Assembly (NCBI GenBank): GCA_041685605.1
Contig: JAWLFL010000001.1
Location: 1,884-65,883, forward strand
DNA length: 64,000 nt
Direction of reading: 5' to 3'
From: Cyclobacterium sp.
GTDB lineage: Bacteria; Bacteroidota; Bacteroidia; Cytophagales; Cyclobacteriaceae
Shown: positions 30,180-39,884 of the stretch, one piece after another
How positions within the stretch are numbered: position 1 is the stretch's first letter
How the letters are laid out: each line of letters starts with the position of its first letter
Program-made: the position numbers and the translations under genes
The notes under the pieces: model-generated
The model's input: only the letters and a program-made list of their open reading frames with translations
Databases searched by the model: none
What the model was told of the DNA's origin: nothing

Positions 30180-31206
30180 ATGAACAACGAGAAAATGGAA
30201 GCCATCCGGGCGACGGGATACGGCCCCGCATCAGTCCTGAAATTGGAACAGTTCAATAAGCCCCTACCTGTCCCGGATGAAGTGTTGGTGAAAGTGATCA
30301 CCTCCTCGGCTACTACAGCCGATGCCATGATGCGAAGCGGGAAGCCCTGGTTGGCACGTCTTTTTCTAGGGCTACGCAAGCCAGAAAATCCCATACCGGG
30401 AACCGGATTTGCCGGATACATAGCAGAAATAGGAACCGAAGTCCGCAACTTCCAGGTTGGGGACCGGGTTTTTGGTGAAACCACACTTGGATTTGGCACC
30501 AATGCCGAATACCTGACCCTAAAGGCCAGCGGAGTATTGCTGCGCCTACCGGAAACGCTGGGGTTTTCCGAAGCAGCCACCTTTCTGCGGCGGGCACCTG
30601 ACGGCTTATAATTACCTGAAGCGTCTCGGTCAGGTAAAGCCGGGAGATCAGGTATTGATTAACGGCGCCTCCGGAAGTCTCGGCACGGCGGCCGTTCAGA
30701 TTGGCAGGCACCTGGGAGCCGAGGTGACCGCCGTATGCAGCAGCAAAAATGCCGGGCTGGTGAAATCACTGGGAGCCAGCCATGTGGTGGACTACACCCA
30801 AAAAGACTTCACTCGCATGGATAAAAAATACGACCTTATTTTTGACACCCTGGGTAAACGATCTTTCGCTGCCTGCAAGCGGGTATTGAAAAAACACGGC
30901 AGGTACTATTCCCCGGTTCTGAAAATCTCCCTGCTGGCGCAGATGCTCTATACCCGCTATTTTTCTTCGCAGAAAGCGGTATTCGAAGCGACCGGTTTGC
31001 TTTCCGACGAACAGCTCCGCAGCCTATTGGCTGAGGTGTTGGAGTTGCAGCAAGCGGGCAAGCTACGGACCGTGATCGACCGGCAATATCCGCTGGCCCG
31101 GCTTTCCGAAGCGCACCAATACATCGACTCCGGTCACAAAAAAGGAAACATCATTATTATCAACTCGGAGGATCTTACATCCTTTTCAATCCATTTCAAT
31201 TCTTAA
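30180..31206 (+). pseudogene. NAD(P)-dependent MDR alcohol dehydrogenase / quinone reductase, frameshifted
   Basis: GroES-like N half and Rossmann C half (INGASGSLG) are in different frames; removing one T at 30582-30584 gives a continuous AATFCGGHLTAYNYLKRLGQVKPGDQVLINGASG. Confidence 0.85.
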
Positions 31207-31218
31207 ACAACAAACAAC

Positions 31219-31590
31219 ATGAAAAACGCACGAAATGCAGTTATTGCCCTGGCTTTAGTGGTCGGGCTGGGATCTTGTGGGGTCAATCAGGCCTGGATTT
31301 TAAACCAAAACCAAAACAGCACCGAAGTACATCTGGGAAGCAAAAATTTTGAGGTACTGGGACAGGTAAAAGGATCGGCATCGGTCGACTACGTACTGAT
31401 TTTCGGCGGAACGAACCGGAAAAGCCTGTATAAGGAAGCCTATGATGCCATGATTGAGGAGGCCGATTTGACTTCCGGTAGCCGTACCCTTACCAATGTT
31501 CTTACCGAAGAGCATGTGGGCGGCGTTCCGCCCTTTTACTACAAGCGGACCCTGACAGTCAGCGGGACGGTGGTGGAATTCACCCGATAA
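31219..31590 (+). CDS. DUF6567-like lipoprotein (copy 2)
   Basis: Lipobox LGSC; paralogue of 23932-24303. Confidence 0.75.
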   Translation: MKNARNAVIALALVVGLGSCGVNQAWILNQNQNSTEVHLGSKNFEVLGQVKGSASVDYVLIFGGTNRKSLYKEAYDAMIEEADLTSGSRTLTNVLTEEHVGGVPPFYYKRTLTVSGTVVEFTR

Positions 31591-31596
31591 ATCGTT

Positions 31597-32334
31597 TTGA
31601 ACGGATTGGTGATGGATCGACTACTTGAAATAACAGAAAAGAAAGCGTACATGAGGCAAACTGGCCTCATGTACCTTATGGTAATTGTATTGGCTGGCTT
31701 CAGCCAGGGCTACATCCGGAGCAGCCTTGTCGTTCCAGAAGATGCGGTGGCCACCTCCCTGAATATCGCTGGCAGGGAAGGGTTGTTTCGACTGGGATTG
31801 GTACTTGATCTGATGGCTTTTTTGTTGGATGCGATCATTTCGATCTTGTTTTTCAAGTTGTTTCGTAGCTATGGGCAGACGCTGGCGCTGACGGTAATGG
31901 TGTTGCGGCTACTGGCCCATCCGGCGATAGGCAGCTTGAATCTTCTCAATCATTACCTGGCCTTACAGGCAGCTCTGGCACCGGATTTCCTCGCTGGATT
32001 TGATGCGAATCAACTGCAGTCCATGAGCCTGCTGTTTATGGAGGCGCACCGGATAGGATACCTGATCGCAGGCCTGTTTTTTGGGTTTCACTGCCTGCTA
32101 TTGGGGCTGTTGCTGCATCGGTCACCGTTGCCCGGTCTGCTGGGTAGCTTGATGATACTGGCTGGACTCGGGTACGAAATGGAATCGTTTGGCGATTTTC
32201 TCTTTCCCGGAAACAAGGAATGGCTGGCCCTCCTGGTGGGGATTACGGCGGTCCTGGGAGAGGTAAGCCTTACTGGCTATTTTTTGAAAAAGGGGTTGTT
32301 TACCAATAAATTGAAAGTAGATGAAGTCAAGTAA
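31597..32334 (+). CDS. DUF4386-like membrane protein
   Basis: GLMYL, LFRLG and FFGFHCLLLG motifs; multiple TM segments. Confidence 0.75.
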   Translation: MNGLVMDRLLEITEKKAYMRQTGLMYLMVIVLAGFSQGYIRSSLVVPEDAVATSLNIAGREGLFRLGLVLDLMAFLLDAIISILFFKLFRSYGQTLALTVMVLRLLAHPAIGSLNLLNHYLALQAALAPDFLAGFDANQLQSMSLLFMEAHRIGYLIAGLFFGFHCLLLGLLLHRSPLPGLLGSLMILAGLGYEMESFGDFLFPGNKEWLALLVGITAVLGEVSLTGYFLKKGLFTNKLKVDEVK

Positions 32335-33010
32335 ACGAAAATTGGCCCTTTTTTCCGGGCTGGGGCTGATCGCCATGGCCCTGGCAGCGGGTTTCGCCTA
32401 TGGGTATGTGTATGGCGGACTGATCGATCCAAACAGTCCGGAGGAAACCTATCGGAACCTGCCCTCCTCAGGCACGCTTTTCCGCTATGGAATGGTGGCA
32501 TGGGGAGTGATCGTGCTGTTGGATCTGTTGGTAGCAGGCAGTTTGCACGGATTCCTGAAGGAAGTCCATCCCCGTCTTTCGGCACTCACCGCCCTGATCC
32601 GGGCACTATATGCATTCATATTGCTGACGGCAGTGGCCCATTTGGTGGAGGCGCTTGCTCTGGCGGAAGCCGCTGCAGGAGCCACTGAAGTCGCGCTAGC
32701 GCTGCAGCGTTTTGAAACGATCTGGTCCCAGGGATTGATACTCTTTGGATTTCACCTGTTTGGTCTGGGCTTGTTGTCTGTCAGAGCAAGGTTCGTACCC
32801 TCCTTTTTCGGGTGGTTGCTGCTTTTTGCCGGTTGTTGTTACACGGGCATACACCTGGCTAAAATAGTGTTTCCCGGCTATGCGCAACAGACCGCATTGA
32901 TCGAAATGATCGCAAGCCTTCCGATGGCACTTGCCGAGATCGGTTTTGCCTTTTGGCTGCTGTTTAGGGGAGGGAAGCGGCTTTCTTTCCGACAGGTTAA
33001 AAGCATATGA
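32321..33010 (+). CDS. DUF4386-like membrane protein
   Basis: LFRYG, WSQGLILFGFHL and EIGFAFWLL motifs; overlaps the upstream paralogue. Confidence 0.75.
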   Translation: MKSSKRKLALFSGLGLIAMALAAGFAYGYVYGGLIDPNSPEETYRNLPSSGTLFRYGMVAWGVIVLLDLLVAGSLHGFLKEVHPRLSALTALIRALYAFILLTAVAHLVEALALAEAAAGATEVALALQRFETIWSQGLILFGFHLFGLGLLSVRARFVPSFFGWLLLFAGCCYTGIHLAKIVFPGYAQQTALIEMIASLPMALAEIGFAFWLLFRGGKRLSFRQVKSI

Positions 33011-33171
33011 TGAAAATTATGAATCAAATGAGCGTGTTTTTATTTGAAATGGTTAATTTAACGAAAGCAAGCCCGGAGGAAGCGATCGAATAGTCGGTAT
33101 TCACCCAACGCGCCTTCTGAAACATAGAATTATACAGACGCAGGGGCACGTGGGAAAAATGACAGAAATTA

Positions 33172-33185
33172 ATGACTGATGTCAT
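33172..33185. promoter_or_regulatory. CRP/FNR-type palindrome
   Basis: ATGAC-TGAT-GTCAT perfect 5-4-5 dyad about 90 bp upstream of the CDF gene. Confidence 0.4.
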
Positions 33186-33276
33186 GAGACCCTTTACCAA
33201 TGCGGAAATTAGGTATTTCGATGAAGCAGAAGTCAGTAATGAAGAGGAGTTGATTTCTAATCCTGAAGTTTAAACG

Positions 33277-34167
33277 ATGACCCATTTTCATGAAGGTACA
33301 AGGAGCACTAAAAACCTAAAAATCGCTTTTTTTATCAATGTGGGTTTTACCTGCCTAGAAATTGTTGGTGGTTTTATCACCAATAGTATTGCAATTATTT
33401 CGGATGCCTTACACGATTTCGGGGACTCCCTTTCCCTAGGCTTGGCATGGTATCTCGAAAACAAGGCCTCGCAAAAAGGTGCAACAGACAAGTTTAGCTT
33501 CGGATATGCACGCTTTCGGTTGCTGGGGGCATTGGTAAATGCGCTTGTGCTGATCGGAGGCTCGGTTTATATCGTCATCGAAGCGGTTGGAAGATTTCAG
33601 AATCCGGAACCGGTAAAATCTTTATGGATGATGGGAATAGCGGTGATTGGTGTGGCTGCTAACGGCTATGCAGCCTGGCGAACCCGGGGAGCAAAATCCT
33701 TAAATGAAAAAATCATAAGCTGGCATTTGCTTGAGGATGTTTTAGGATGGCTGGCCGTGCTGATCGTCTCGATTATTCTTCAATTCAAGGATTGGTATTT
33801 TCTTGATCCGGCCCTTTCTATTGGTATTACACTAGTTATTCTAAATGGAGTCGGCAGAAGGTTATGGGACACGCTCTACCTGCTGCTACAGGGAGTTCCT
33901 AAAAATATTGATTTGGAAGAAATCAGATCAAAACTTCAGAAAGTAAAGCATGTGCAGTCCATTCATCACACCCATATATGGTCTTTGGATGGCGATCATC
34001 ATGTACTTACCACCCATCTGGTATTGGAGAATATTTCCGAATACGGCAAAGTAGATCAGGTCCGACAGCACGCCCTGGAGGCCTTGAAGGAATATGATTT
34101 CCACCACCATACCATACAGGTAGAATTGGACCGAAAAACCTGTGAACTGAATAATGATACTACCTGA
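33277..34167 (+). CDS. Cation diffusion facilitator (CzcD/ZitB-like)
   Basis: SDALHDFGD, FSFGYAR, HLLEDVLGW and HHTHIWSL motifs. Confidence 0.93.
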   Translation: MTHFHEGTRSTKNLKIAFFINVGFTCLEIVGGFITNSIAIISDALHDFGDSLSLGLAWYLENKASQKGATDKFSFGYARFRLLGALVNALVLIGGSVYIVIEAVGRFQNPEPVKSLWMMGIAVIGVAANGYAAWRTRGAKSLNEKIISWHLLEDVLGWLAVLIVSIILQFKDWYFLDPALSIGITLVILNGVGRRLWDTLYLLLQGVPKNIDLEEIRSKLQKVKHVQSIHHTHIWSLDGDHHVLTTHLVLENISEYGKVDQVRQHALEALKEYDFHHHTIQVELDRKTCELNNDTT

Positions 34168-34564
34168 TCCCTTTTCGGCATGATTACACCTTAACGAATA
34201 AACAAGGAAAAAAGAATCGACCAACCCGCCCAGCTGGCAGAAGCCCGCGGCGAATTCTATCTGGAATTCCTGAAATCCCTGCCCTGAGTACCTCCCGGTA
34301 AACCGAAAAGCCTTCTTCCGGTACCCCTTTCGCCGGGTACCCGCTGCCGTTGGCCAATCGGTATTTTTGGCGTATATTGAATGCAGGGAAAAAAGAGAGT
34401 ACCTTACTTCGGAAACTTCCTGTAGTAGTGATTGCCTCCGTTTGGCGCAAAGGAATGATCCTTGTCCATTCCGGGCTAATGTAGGAGCTTTGCTGAAGGG
34501 GTTTTTCGCAACTCCGGGTTCGCCCGTTTTCCTCTATACATTCACCGCACCAACCAGAAAACTT

Positions 34565-36997
34565 ATGAGAGCAGTTGCGCTTGCCTTCCTGTTGCCCTTT
34601 CTTTGGGCCTGCGAATCCGAAGATACCGAAGGGATCCCGCTTCCCGGCCTGCAGGAACCCGTAGAGATCGTCCGCGACCAATGGGGTGTCAACCACATCT
34701 ATGCCAATAACCAGCACGATTTGTTTTTTGCGCAGGGCTATGCCGCCGCCAAGGACCGCCTTTTCCAATTTGAGATATGGAGGCGGCAGGCCACCGGGAC
34801 GGTAGCCGAGATCCTGGGAGCGGCGGAATTGCAGCGGGACATCGGCACAAGGCTATTTCGCTTTCGCGGAGACATGCAAGAGGAAATGAATCACTACCAT
34901 CCCGAAGGAGAAGCGATCATCACCGCTTACACGGAGGGCGTCAATGCTTACATTGAGGAAATCCGGTCTACGCCCGACCGGCTTCCCCTGCCGTTCCAAA
35001 TGCTGGGTATCCTGCCGGAGAAATGGACCCCCGAGGTGGTGATTTCCCGGCATCAGGGGCTTTTGGGCAATATCAACGAGGAACTGGACCTGGGGCGAGC
35101 CGTGGCGCGCCTGGAGGAGGAGCAGGTCAAAGACCTGAAGTGGTTTCATCCCAAAGACCCCGATCTTGCCCTGGATCCGCAGATCGAGCCCGAATTACTG
35201 TTTGACGATATTCTCGCCCTGTACAATGCCTACCGAAAACCCCTAGCCTTCAAACCTGGCGATGTCCTGCCCGAATACCGCAATCCAGCAATCGGAGACG
35301 CAGCCGAAATCGCACCGATTGCGGAGGAAGCACCTTTTTCCCTGGGCAGCAACAACTGGGTGGTAGACGGTTCGCGTACTGCCGACGGGCATACCTACAT
35401 GGCCAACGATCCGCACCGGACCCTAGCCGTTCCCTCGCTCCGTTACATGGTGCATCTGAATGCCCCCGGATGGGATGTGATCGGGGGAGGGGAACCCGAG
35501 ATCCCCGGCATCTCCATCGGACACAATGGCTACGGGGCCTGGGGGCTCACCGTGTTCCGAACGGACGGGGAAGACCTGTACGTCTATGAGCTGAATCCCG
35601 ATAATCCGAACCAATACCGGTACGATGGCGCCTGGGAGGACATGGAGATCCTTACCGAGACCATTCGGGTGAAGGGCCGGGAGGACGAGGAAGTGGCACT
35701 TCGCTACACCCGTCACGGACCGGTGACTTATGTGGACTCCGTACACCACAAGGCTTATGCGGTACGCTGTGCCTGGCTGGAACCCGGAGGGGCTCCCTAC
35801 CTGGCCTCCCTGCGCATGGACCAGGCGAAAAGCTGGGAGGAATTTCGGGAAGCCTGCGCCTACAGCCATATTCCGGGCGAAAACATGGTCTGGGCAGACA
35901 AGGGTGGTACCATCGGCTGGCAGGCCGTGGGGATTGCGCCCATTCGCCGGAATTTCAGTGGCCTGGTGCCTGTGCCGGGAGACGGACGCTACGAGTGGGA
36001 GGGTTACCTGCCCATCCCCCAAAAGCCCCATACCGTCAATCCCCCTGAAGGGTACTTTGCTTCCGCCAATCAGAACGTGACACCTGCCGACTATACCCAC
36101 TGGGAGGCCATCGGCTTTTCCTGGGCGGATCCCTTTCGCGGCGATCGGGTGGAGGAAGTGCTGAAAGCCAGCAATGCCCTGACGATGGAAGACATGAAAG
36201 CCTTGCAGGTGGATTACCACAGCATCCCTGCCCGGAGGCTGGTACCTTACCTGCTGGCCCTTCCCCTTTCCGGCAAGGCGGCGGAAGCCCGGGAAAGGCT
36301 CCGGGACTGGGATCATAGGCTGGACCCGAATTCCATTCCGGCCGCCATTTACGTGGCCTTTGAAAATGCGCTGATGCGCCTGGCTAGCGAACGCTTGGTG
36401 CCGGAAGCCGGAAAAGAAACGATCGGCAGGGTACAGCTCAAGAAAATACTGGATTGGATCGCCGCGCCGGACAGGCGTTTCGGTTCCGATTCGGAGGCAG
36501 GCCGCGACCTTCTGCTGGCAGATGCCTTTGCGCAGGGGCTGGCCTACCTGGAAGAAAACCTCGGCGAGAACCGGGACAACTGGCAGTACGGGCAGGAGCG
36601 GTTCAAACATGCGTATCTGGTGCACAGCCTGGGAACGCTGGGTAACGAGGAAGTAAATGCCCAACTGAACCTCGGTCCGTTGCCGCGGGGCGGCAATGCC
36701 TACACGCCCGGCTCCACGGGGGGCAACAACCGGCAAAGTTCCGGTGCTTCCTTTCGGATCATTGTGAATACGGGAGATTGGGACGCCACCCAGGCCAGCA
36801 ATGCCCCCGGGCAGTCCGGCGATCCGGACAGTCCCTTTTACGGCAATTTATTCGAAACCTGGGTCAGGGACGAATACTTCCCCTTGTATTATTCCCGGGA
36901 GAAAATCGATTCCGTGGCGGTCGACAGAACCCTGCTGGGCCCGGGAGGTAACGGGTTGGGTGTGTGGATTGAGCAGCAGTTAGAAGGTTTTTTTTGA
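34565..36997 (+). CDS. Penicillin acylase family (Ntn hydrolase, S45) lipoprotein
   Basis: RDQWGVNHIYA, GSNNW nucleophile, ANDPH and PGQSG motifs; start MRAVALAFLLPFLWAC is a lipoprotein signal; visibly GC-rich. Confidence 0.92.
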   Translation: MRAVALAFLLPFLWACESEDTEGIPLPGLQEPVEIVRDQWGVNHIYANNQHDLFFAQGYAAAKDRLFQFEIWRRQATGTVAEILGAAELQRDIGTRLFRFRGDMQEEMNHYHPEGEAIITAYTEGVNAYIEEIRSTPDRLPLPFQMLGILPEKWTPEVVISRHQGLLGNINEELDLGRAVARLEEEQVKDLKWFHPKDPDLALDPQIEPELLFDDILALYNAYRKPLAFKPGDVLPEYRNPAIGDAAEIAPIAEEAPFSLGSNNWVVDGSRTADGHTYMANDPHRTLAVPSLRYMVHLNAPGWDVIGGGEPEIPGISIGHNGYGAWGLTVFRTDGEDLYVYELNPDNPNQYRYDGAWEDMEILTETIRVKGREDEEVALRYTRHGPVTYVDSVHHKAYAVRCAWLEPGGAPYLASLRMDQAKSWEEFREACAYSHIPGENMVWADKGGTIGWQAVGIAPIRRNFSGLVPVPGDGRYEWEGYLPIPQKPHTVNPPEGYFASANQNVTPADYTHWEAIGFSWADPFRGDRVEEVLKASNALTMEDMKALQVDYHSIPARRLVPYLLALPLSGKAAEARERLRDWDHRLDPNSIPAAIYVAFENALMRLASERLVPEAGKETIGRVQLKKILDWIAAPDRRFGSDSEAGRDLLLADAFAQGLAYLEENLGENRDNWQYGQERFKHAYLVHSLGTLGNEEVNAQLNLGPLPRGGNAYTPGSTGGNNRQSSGASFRIIVNTGDWDATQASNAPGQSGDPDSPFYGNLFETWVRDEYFPLYYSREKIDSVAVDRTLLGPGGNGLGVWIEQQLEGFF

Positions 36998-37247
36998 GGT
37001 TTGGTACGTATCGTTTGGTATTTTCCCCGCTAAAAGCGAACAGTCTGCTGGTTTTTGCCTCCGAATTTCTTAATTTGACAACGGCAAACCGGGAACGATG
37101 TGTTGGATAGTGCAGATACACGTAACTTCGTTCTGGAACATCGCTTTATTAGGATGTTTTGCTTCATGCTCTTCATAGCCGAAGAAACTATTGACCGTAA
37201 GTAAAATGTTACTATGATACCAAATTATGGTATGGTAAATTTGACCC

Positions 37248-38117
37248 ATGAGCCCGACTAGAACTGTCAGCCCAAACCAATTGCGAGATTATTCCTCCTT
37301 GTTCTCTAGGAGCGCTGTTAAAAAATGGATGAACGGCAACTTATCATCCATTGATTTCAAGATTAAGACATATGATGAAAACTGGTGTTCAAAAACCAAA
37401 AGAACCTACATTGAATACCTAAAGTTTGTTTACTCTGTTTTGGAGAACCAATATCAAAACGAGTATATCCTCAAGAACTCATTTCTGAATGACTGGCTAA
37501 TTAAGGAGTTGGGGGAAAGTAACTCAGAACTCTACAGTGAATTTAGGATTGGTAGTGCAATTGCGGACTTGGTAATGTTTAATGGTATTTCTAGAGCTTT
37601 TGAAATCAAAACTGAGCTTGATTCTGATAAACGTCTGAATTCACAATTGGATCAATATCGAAAAGTATTCAATGAGATTTTTTTGATTGTCCCAGTTTCG
37701 AAGATTGAAGAGTATTAAACTTACGATAGTAGTATAGGGATCATTTGCTTTGATATTTTAAGCCCCAAAAGGTTTCAAAAAATTAGATCAGCAGCCAGAA
37801 ATACCGATATTGATTCCGAAGCACTTATGCATATTTTTCACACCAGTGAATACAGAGAAATTGTGTCTCATCACTATGGTCAGTTGCCTGAGGTAACCAG
37901 TTTTAACCAGTTTGAGATATGTAAAGATTTAATAGCGAAAATTCCTCAGAATGAACTCAATCAACTTTTCATAAATAAAATGAAGACTCGTGCAGGTAAT
38001 TATGGCCTATCAGCACGTTATTACAAAGAGTTCAATCAGCTGATTTTAGCGTTACGCATGAATATGAAAAGTAGAAATCAGTTATTTTCTATTTTAAAAG
38101 CTCCTCTTAGTGTTTAA
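37248..38117 (+). pseudogene. sce7726-family protein (PD-(D/E)XK-like), interrupted by a single in-frame TAA
   Basis: YQNEYILKN and SEFRIGSAIADLVMFNG..FEIKTELD motifs; TAA at 37716-37718, after which the same frame stays open to 38117. Confidence 0.8.
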
Positions 38118-38126
38118 ATTGTAATT

Positions 38127-38240
38127 ATGTACTTCCCCCTGCTTAGAGCCCGTCAATTTGAATTAATAGATTACAAGATGGCAACGACCGTACCCCTCAT
38201 TCTATTCACCACCTTGACAGGTATCCTGATCCTTTTTTAG
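38127..38240 (+). pseudogene. 5' remnant of an sce7725-family gene
   Basis: MYFPLLRARQFELI resembles the family N-terminus as I recall it; it is then fused to an unrelated hydrophobic tail and stops at codon 38. Confidence 0.65.
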
Positions 38241-38540
38241 CAGGTTTCATCCACTTGTTTAAGGATTTAGTAGCATTTTTGGCTCTATTAAGCATTCAGG
38301 CATAGCTGGCCGTTAAACTAAAGGGTACTTTTTGTTTTGCTTCCCGATTTTGTTGAGCCGGTCTGCTATTGGCTTCCTTTGGTTGAAACATTTGATTTCT
38401 ACCAAAATATCCCAACTGAGATTTTTGGATATTTCACCTCTATTACCGTTGCCGCTAGGTATTCGGTTGGCGATTACTTCTGTATCAGAGTGGCCTTTGT
38501 AGTTCATATATAGTTAAAACTTAGCCGAAATTAAATTACC

Positions 38541-38747
38541 TCAATCCTCCACAAACTCCAGGATATCCCCCGGCTGACAGTCTAAGGCCTTGCAAATTGC
38601 TTCCAAGGTGGTAAACCGTACAGCTTTTGCCTTACCGGTCTTAAGGATGGAAAGATTGGATAGGGTGATATCCACCTTTTCCGAGAGTTCGTTTAAGGAC
38701 ATTTTCCGTTTTGCCATCATGACATCTAAATTTACGACAATGGGCAT
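38541..38747 (-). CDS. XRE/Cro-like HTH regulator (YozG-like)
   Basis: NLSILKTGKAKAVRFTTLEAICKALDCQPGDILE. Confidence 0.93.
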   Translation of the reverse strand: MPIVVNLDVMMAKRKMSLNELSEKVDITLSNLSILKTGKAKAVRFTTLEAICKALDCQPGDILEFVED

Positions 38748-38749
38748 GG

Positions 38750-39310
38750 TTATACAGTAAGGTCGTTATCGGTTTGGATTTCTACACCGCGTTTGAAGAC
38801 CAACGCAATGGCATAGATAACCGCACCCATAATCAGATATTCAAAAGCCCCACCCAAGAATCCACCGAGAGCAGGACTATGCATCGTTCTGGAAGACAAC
38901 CAATGAAAATACCCGGAGGCTATTATGATTAAAACACCTACCTCAAGGGTAGCTTTGCCGATTCTGGAAATAAGGACTGAAACTTCCCTACTGAAAGGAT
39001 GAACGAGGTCAATCGTCAGGAAAACCCGGATTACCAAATAGAAAATATAGGCCTTAGCTACCAAAATTCCCAGCAGCAAGGACACGGCCCCCAGGTAATA
39101 TCCCGTATGCCATTCCCTGGCCACCGACAAATTCAATCCCTGGTAAAGGTCTTGCGCCACCTCCGGATTGAAGAGGCTGTATAGGGAAGTAAACAACAAG
39201 GTTCCGCCTTTGATACATAGTCCTATAAAAGTGGACCAAATTACGATGGTGAGTAACATCAATACAGGTTGGGTTTCCCACTTATTTTTCCAAGCTTCTT
39301 TCCAGTTCAT
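38750..39310 (-). CDS. DUF2975 membrane protein
   Basis: Four TM segments, PFSREV, C-terminal FKRGVEIQTDNDLTV; paired with a YozG-like regulator. Confidence 0.88.
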   Translation of the reverse strand: MNWKEAWKNKWETQPVLMLLTIVIWSTFIGLCIKGGTLLFTSLYSLFNPEVAQDLYQGLNLSVAREWHTGYYLGAVSLLLGILVAKAYIFYLVIRVFLTIDLVHPFSREVSVLISRIGKATLEVGVLIIIASGYFHWLSSRTMHSPALGGFLGGAFEYLIMGAVIYAIALVFKRGVEIQTDNDLTV

Positions 39311-39323
39311 TGTCTTCGGAGGT

Positions 39324-39366
39324 TTATTTTTCAAATAACAATAAATATTTATTGTTAAACAATAAA
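39324..39366. promoter_or_regulatory. Overlapping palindromic operators upstream of the DUF2975-XRE operon
   Basis: Perfect 22-bp palindrome TAACAATAAATATTTATTGTTA (39336-39357) overlapping TTTATTGTT-A-AACAATAAA (39348-39366). Confidence 0.65.
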
Positions 39367-39884
39367 AAATGAATTAATTTAAATATGCTTCCTGCTAACA
39401 GGGTCTGGTTTCTCGGGAAGAATGGGTTTAAATGCTCTGCATAAATGTCTCTGTAGCAGGCAAAAGGCAAAGGTTAGAAATAATTTTCTAGTTGGTGATT
39501 TGTCAAAATTATGATAGTTTAGTGCAATGAAGAGACATTTGATAAGGCTTCAAATGCTGAATACGGTGGAAAAAGGCTGATCCAGGAAATAACGGTGTTG
39601 ACCGCAGGCTTTCTGGATCTCTACGATTCGTTCATCAAATAAATACAGGTAATTTGAATGATAGGGTTACATTTGAAAACGAGTAGATCTATTTGATTGA
39701 CCCACATGGTTTGAAGTAGCAGCTCCTGTTAAGATGATATTACGCAACGGGTCTATCATGAGAGAACTGTAAATAAAAAAAGGTATTTGAAGTGGGTATT
39801 TAAAAAGCAAGGTTAGTCAACCAATAAATGCTACATTAAGACCAAAAATATTTTGGCTGTAAGATTGAAGAAGCCCATACCCCG

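Noticed and set aside
34367-34564. Cys-rich N-terminal extension of the acylase in the ORF track
   Set aside because: The lipoprotein signal begins at ATG 34565; the upstream TTG extension is most likely not translated.
35423-36736. 437-aa antisense ORF inside the acylase
   Set aside because: Shadow ORF expected from GC-rich codon bias; no recognisable motifs; the opposite strand is a clear S45 enzyme.
37716-37718. Programmed readthrough or alternative genetic code in sce7726
   Set aside because: The stop is TAA, the normal terminator throughout the window, and the partner gene is also destroyed, which favours a nonsense mutation.
38313-38507. 64-aa minus-strand ORF downstream of the XRE gene
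   Set aside because: No recognisable motif; may be spurious or a relic, so it was not called.
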